The notes under the pieces: generated by a model
Databases searched by the model: none
The model's input: the letters and a program-made list of their open reading frames with translations, nothing else
Told to the model about the DNA's origin: nothing
Position numbers and translations under genes: made by a program
NCBI GenBank assembly: GCA_965140445.1
Contig: OZ223236.1
Coordinates: forward strand, 224,001-288,000
Reading direction: 5' to 3'
DNA from: Candidatus Ozemobacteraceae bacterium
GTDB taxonomy: Bacteria; Muiribacteriota; Ozemobacteria; Ozemobacterales; Ozemobacteraceae
DNA length: 64,000 bases
Shown: piece by piece, positions 59,400-64,000 of the stretch
How positions within the stretch are numbered: the stretch's first letter is position 1
How the letters are laid out: every line of letters starts with the position of its first letter

Positions 59400-59864
59400 T
59401 TAGCGACTTACGCGCAAAAGTCTGCTGATCTCATTCTTTTCTCCACCAAAATTGCCTTCGGCCTTGATCTGAATGGTCAGTCTTGAATTCTCATAATCTA
59501 CAGAATCAATTGAGAAGTCCTTAATCCTATACGAAAACTTCTCTCCTGTATAACTATTATCAGCCGGCACAACAATGTCTTCAACAAAGATCCCGGAAAG
59601 CTTGCCCCATTCGTCTTTATTAGCCTCTTCAAGGGCTTTCATGGCTCCAGGAAACTGTCTTTGAACAGTTTTTATTTTAAGGAAAAAATGCTGTAAAGCT
59701 GACCTGGACATAAAGTATGCCTTTTTCAGCTTAATTACCTGCTGGTATCTTGATCTGCTATTTGTCATTGTCCATGAAAGAGACGCAACCCAGACTGCCA
59801 GACAGAAAATTAATCCCATGACAATTGGCATGGCAATACCACTATTTAGCTTTAAACTCTTCAT
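59400..59864 (-). CDS. Small PilX-like pilin
   Basis: NSG|IAMPIVMGLIF leader without Glu+5; KAYFM.RSALQ helix. Confidence 0.65.
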   Translation of the reverse strand: MKSLKLNSGIAMPIVMGLIFCLAVWVASLSWTMTNSRSRYQQVIKLKKAYFMSRSALQHFFLKIKTVQRQFPGAMKALEEANKDEWGKLSGIFVEDIVVPADNSYTGEKFSYRIKDFSIDSVDYENSRLTIQIKAEGNFGGEKNEISRLLRVSR

Positions 59865-60337
59865 AGATTAGCCTTATAGGCAATAAGATTAACACTATGC
59901 TTATCATTTTCTCCCCAATAAGCGGTTAGTTCTAATCTTTTCATGCCTTCTTCCACTCTTGCTCGCTGCAGCTGGCCCGAAAAGGCGTCTTTTACCACAG
60001 CAAACTCTACGGGAACCAACTCTGCTTTGAGCTTAAATGTAACCAGGACTTTCTGCACCTGAGCTGGCCTTAAATCAAGGTCCTGACCAAAATGGTTTGA
60101 AACAACCTTTCCGGATGTAACCCCTGTAGGAATTGCATTAAATGGCATAGAAAGAGTTGCTTCAAGCTTTTGCTCTACCAGATTCAGAATCTGATAATAA
60201 TCGCCTATCTGTGAACTGCCCTTGGTATATTCGATCAAGAACATCCCCATAGGCAAAGCAAGTGTTGATAGTATCGCCATAGCGATTAAAACCTCAACAA
60301 GGGAAAGCCCTTTTTTTGAAATACCTGTCAACAGCAT
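59861..60337 (-). CDS. Type IV pilin-like protein (PilV-like)
   Basis: KKG|LSLVEVLIAMAIL N-methylation motif with Glu+5. Confidence 0.8.
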   Translation of the reverse strand: MLLTGISKKGLSLVEVLIAMAILSTLALPMGMFLIEYTKGSSQIGDYYQILNLVEQKLEATLSMPFNAIPTGVTSGKVVSNHFGQDLDLRPAQVQKVLVTFKLKAELVPVEFAVVKDAFSGQLQRARVEEGMKRLELTAYWGENDKHSVNLIAYKANL

Positions 60338-60361
60338 TACTCCACCGTAAAAGTTACAGTC

Positions 60362-63124
60362 CTATCTTCCACAGCACTTTTTGTGCTTTTTACCACTGCC
60401 GCAAGGACAGGCATCATTTCTTCCAATTGAGTCTTTTGCTCTAATTGGAGTTTTAACAACAGCCGCCTCTTCGCTATGGTTGTAATACATTTCCTGCTCT
60501 TTCTTTTCAATTGCTTCCTTTTCGTCAGCTCTTGAATAAGAAATCCTGAACAGATAGTAAAGTGCGTCTTCTTTTATTCCTTCAATCATATCCTGGAACA
60601 TCTTGAAGCTTTCAATCTTGTATTCGACAAGAGGATCTCTCTGGCCCCAAGATCTAAGATGGATACCGTCCTGGAGGTTGTCCATGTTCTGGAGATGCTC
60701 TTTCCACTTTGTATCAACAATCTGGAAAAGAAGAAATTTTTCCATCATTCGGAAATCTTCTTCGCCAAGCTCCTGCTTTTTCTTATCCAGCTCGGCAAGA
60801 ACACGCTTTTTGATTTCATCAAACAATTCTTCGCGTGAATAAGTGCAAAGTTGTCCTGGCTTACCATTTCTTTGATCGCCACCCTCAACTTCAATTGGAA
60901 AAACATTTTTCAGCTGATCAGCAAGCGCATTGTAATCATAATCATCAGGATCCATAGCTGGATTTAGAACAAGCTCAATTGTGTTTGAGATCACTTCATC
61001 AATCATTTCAAGCACATCATCATGGACACAGTATTGCTCCAGAGCTTTTCTGCGCTCTTTATACACAACAGTTCTCTGCTGATTCATTACATCATCGTAT
61101 TTAAGAACATTCTTACGAACGTCAAAGTGATAAGATTCAACTTTTCTTTGAGCACTTTCAATAGAACGGCTAATCCATGGATGTTCAATTGGCTCACCTT
61201 TTTCCCAGCCCAGTCTTTCCATCCAGGTCGAAATATTGGCAGATCCAAAGAGTCTCATTAAATCATCTTCTAATGAAAGATAGAATTGACTCGCCCCCGG
61301 GTCACCCTGTCGACCGGCACGACCACGTAACTGGTTGTCAATACGCCTTGACTCATGTCGCTCTGTTCCAAGAATAAAAAGACCACCAAGCTCTAAAACT
61401 CTTTGTTTTTCAGCTTCGCACTGCTTTTTATATTTTTCCAGAGCTGCCTGAAATTCTTCACCTTGCTTATGCCCAATTTCGGCAATAGCAAGCATTTCAG
61501 GATTACCACCCAGAAGAATATCCGTACCACGACCAGCCATGTTGGTAGCAATAGTAACAGCCCCTTCTCGCCCGGCCTGAGAAACAATTTCTGCTTCTTT
61601 TTCATGGTATTTTGCATTCAAAACGGCACATTTACAGCCACGTTTTGTAAGCATTTCAGCGATCAATTCACTTTTTTCGATAGAAATAGTTCCAACCAGA
61701 ACAGGCTGTTTTCTTTCGTGAATCTCGATTATGTGATCAACAATTGCTTCAAATTTTTCTTCATGTGTTTTCAGAATGACATCGGAATGATCATTTCTGA
61801 TACAAGGTTTATTAGATGGAACTACAACTACTTCACACTTATAAATTTCCTTAAATTCTTTAGCTTCTGTTTCTGCAGTACCGGTCATACCTGCAAGCTT
61901 GCTGTAAAGTCTGAAATAGTTCTGAAAAGTTATGGAAGCCAAAGTTTGATTTTCTTTTTGGACGGTTGCCCCTTCTTTGGCCTCAATGGCCTGGTGAAGA
62001 CCGTCAGAATAAGTTCTTCCGAACATTAGTCGTCCGGTAAACTCATCAACGATTACAACTTCTGTTCCATTTCCATCTTCTCTATCACGAACAATGTATT
62101 CTTTGTCCTTATGGAAAAAATGTTTTGCCTTCAAAGCATTTTGAAGGTGATGAACATGGTCCATATTTGAAGCTTCATAAAGGTTATCCAACCCAAGACT
62201 TTTTTCAACCTTAGCAATACCAGACTCTGTAATAGAAATACCATGATGTTTTTCATCAACGATATAATCGATTTCAGGTTTAACAACGTCTCTTGCAATA
62301 CGAGCATAAACTCCATACAAAGAAGTGGCTTTTTCCGCAGGACCTGAAATAATCAAAGGAGTCCTGGCTTCGTCAATAAGAATAGAATCAACTTCATCGA
62401 CAATTGCAAAGTTATAAATAGGTCTTTGAGTGCATTCAGCAAGGCTCATTGCCATATTGTCACGTAAATAGTCAAATCCAAATTCGTTGTTGGTGCCGTA
62501 AGTGATATCGGCAGAATAAGCTTCTCGCTTTTCCTCTGCTGAAAGGCCATGAACGTTTAATCCAACCGTTAAACCAAGAAATCTGAAAACCTTTCCCATC
62601 CATTCGGAATCACGACGGGCCAGGTAATCATTGACTGTAACAAGAATTGCCCCTTTTCCGACCGGAACTTTTCTTCCATCTTCCAGTTCAAATGGAACAA
62701 ATTCACTAACATTTTTTTCTTCTGCCAGTTTTATCCAGTCCGGGTTTAAATCTAAAGCATTCAAATAAAGTGGCAAAGTCGCCACCAAAGTTTTTCCTTC
62801 ACCAGTTTTCATTTCAACAATGCGTCCTTCGTGCATGGCGAGTCCGCCAATCATCTGCACATCGTAGTGACGCATATTCAGAACCCTGATGGCTGATTCT
62901 CTAACAGTCGCGAAGGCTTCTACCTTGATGTCATCAAGGGTTTCACCATTTAGGAGCCTTTCTCTGAATTTTTGGGTCATCCCAGCCAATTCATCGTCAG
63001 AGAGCTTTTTAAAATGTTCTTCTTTCTCGTTGATTTCTTCGAGAGTTTCCGTAAGACGTTTAATCTCTCGAGAATTAAAATCTGGTATTATGAATCTTAG
63101 TAGCTTAATCAGCCAGTCAAACAT
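60362..63124 (-). CDS. secA: Preprotein translocase ATPase SecA
   Basis: MKTGEGKT, DEVDSILIDEARTPLIISG, QLRGRAGRQGDPG and C-terminal CPCGSGKKHKKCC. Confidence 0.99.
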   Translation of the reverse strand: MFDWLIKLLRFIIPDFNSREIKRLTETLEEINEKEEHFKKLSDDELAGMTQKFRERLLNGETLDDIKVEAFATVRESAIRVLNMRHYDVQMIGGLAMHEGRIVEMKTGEGKTLVATLPLYLNALDLNPDWIKLAEEKNVSEFVPFELEDGRKVPVGKGAILVTVNDYLARRDSEWMGKVFRFLGLTVGLNVHGLSAEEKREAYSADITYGTNNEFGFDYLRDNMAMSLAECTQRPIYNFAIVDEVDSILIDEARTPLIISGPAEKATSLYGVYARIARDVVKPEIDYIVDEKHHGISITESGIAKVEKSLGLDNLYEASNMDHVHHLQNALKAKHFFHKDKEYIVRDREDGNGTEVVIVDEFTGRLMFGRTYSDGLHQAIEAKEGATVQKENQTLASITFQNYFRLYSKLAGMTGTAETEAKEFKEIYKCEVVVVPSNKPCIRNDHSDVILKTHEEKFEAIVDHIIEIHERKQPVLVGTISIEKSELIAEMLTKRGCKCAVLNAKYHEKEAEIVSQAGREGAVTIATNMAGRGTDILLGGNPEMLAIAEIGHKQGEEFQAALEKYKKQCEAEKQRVLELGGLFILGTERHESRRIDNQLRGRAGRQGDPGASQFYLSLEDDLMRLFGSANISTWMERLGWEKGEPIEHPWISRSIESAQRKVESYHFDVRKNVLKYDDVMNQQRTVVYKERRKALEQYCVHDDVLEMIDEVISNTIELVLNPAMDPDDYDYNALADQLKNVFPIEVEGGDQRNGKPGQLCTYSREELFDEIKKRVLAELDKKKQELGEEDFRMMEKFLLFQIVDTKWKEHLQNMDNLQDGIHLRSWGQRDPLVEYKIESFKMFQDMIEGIKEDALYYLFRISYSRADEKEAIEKKEQEMYYNHSEEAAVVKTPIRAKDSIGRNDACPCGSGKKHKKCCGR

Positions 63125-63147
63125 GCCTGACCCCTTTCAAAAATTCA

Positions 63148-63177
63148 AGGCGCGGCCCATAAGGAAGGCCCGCGCCT
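63148..63177. other. GC-rich stem-loop between ptsN and secA
   Basis: AGGCGCGG...CCGCGCCT with only a weak U tail. Confidence 0.4.
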
Positions 63178-63230
63178 GATCAACAAATTAGCTATTCGAA
63201 CTAGTAGGAAAGAATTCCCAATTAGAAGCT

Positions 63231-63686
63231 TTACTTTTCTTCAGCTGAAATAACTTTGATAACTTCTTCAACTGTCTGCGCTTCCATCAATTCTCCACGA
63301 AACTCTTGATAGCGGAGAAGTCGAGACAATCTTGCCAAAGCCTTCAGATATAGCCCGCCTGATTCTATAGGAGCTGCTATTAGAAAAATCAGATGGACTG
63401 GTCTGTTGTCAAGAGCTTCGAATTCGATTCCGTTTTTTGATCGACCAATAGCAACAACGACTTCTCTTACTGTGGAAGTTCTGGAATGCGGAATCGCAAT
63501 TCCTTTTCCAATTCCTGTTGAGCCAACTTTTTCTCTTTCCAGAACGGACTTCAAAAAAGCATCAGCATCAGTAAGGTAGCCACCCGTATCAAGCAGATCG
63601 ATCAACTCTTTTATCGCATCAAGCTTCGTGGTGGAACTCAATTCCAACTTGGTTAGCTGGGGTGATATAAATTCGCTTAGTTCCAA
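63231..63686 (-). CDS. ptsN: PTS EIIA (Ntr/fructose-type) protein
   Basis: RE..GSTGIGKGIAIPH and L..LARLSRLL; TTG start with GGAGG RBS; follows hpf. Confidence 0.85.
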   Translation of the reverse strand: MELSEFISPQLTKLELSSTTKLDAIKELIDLLDTGGYLTDADAFLKSVLEREKVGSTGIGKGIAIPHSRTSTVREVVVAIGRSKNGIEFEALDNRPVHLIFLIAAPIESGGLYLKALARLSRLLRYQEFRGELMEAQTVEEVIKVISAEEK

Positions 63687-63722
63687 AATTCCTCCCGTTT
63701 CTCTTTACTGAAACTTACTATA

Positions 63723-63998
63723 TCAGTATTCAGGTTCGATTAAACCGAAGTTACCATCGCTTCTACGATAAATAACATTTACCTTGTTTGTTTCTGCATT
63801 TGAGAATACGAAGAAATCCTGACTAAGGAGTTCAAGCTGTTCAGCTGCTTCGTCAGAAAACATCGGGCGCATTGGGAAAGTGCCACTTCTGACAATCTTA
63901 GATTGTGGATTTTCGCCTTCGCTTTCAATTGCGTCTGCATAGTCTTCTCCAAAGGAGAGAACGGTATGAGTAGCCTGCTGGTCTGACTTATTATGTCT
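63723..63998 (-). CDS. hpf: Long-form ribosome hibernation promoting factor, C-terminal part (start lies outside the window)
   Basis: Hand translation ends ...PMFSDEAAEQLELLSQDFFVFSNAETNKVNVIYRRSDGNFGLIEPEY*, typical of the S30AE C-terminal domain. Confidence 0.92.
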   Translation of the reverse strand, partial: RHNKSDQQATHTVLSFGEDYADAIESEGENPQSKIVRSGTFPMRPMFSDEAAEQLELLSQDFFVFSNAETNKVNVIYRRSDGNFGLIEPEY

Positions 63999-64000
63999 TC

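Overview
AT-rich bacterial chromosome segment (standard code) that is mostly housekeeping, with accessory islets in between. I found no transposase, integrase, rRNA or CRISPR array. The gene mix would fit a poorly characterised deep-branching lineage such as Ca. Riflebacteria, but that is only an impression. Core genes: eno, secG, mscS, speB, pilD, larE and nagB; a cysS-mrnC-rlmB block; the tRNA(Thr,Tyr,Thr)-tuf-rpmG-tRNA(Trp)-secE-nusG-rplK-rplA-rplJ-rplL block, which is not followed by rpoBC; and an hpf-ptsN-secA...prfB block with the RF2 +1 frameshift. Most notable: (1) a six-gene SrfABC-like operon (20.8-29.7 kb) where SrfB keeps a full set of Hsp70-type ATPase motifs and is directly followed by a GrpE-like gene, alongside a dynamin-like SrfC GTPase, a membrane-anchored SrfA and a Sel1 protein; (2) a peptidoglycan-recycling neighbourhood that points to DUF819 as a murein-peptide transporter; (3) pilin-like genes interleaved into secA-prfB; (4) tandem membrane-fused spermidine-synthase-like genes lacking the aminopropyltransferase residues; (5) a consensus sigma54 promoter in front of two Hsp20 genes; (6) a 28-aa membrane ORF missing from the ORF track. 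All family calls come from motif recognition by eye, without database searches.
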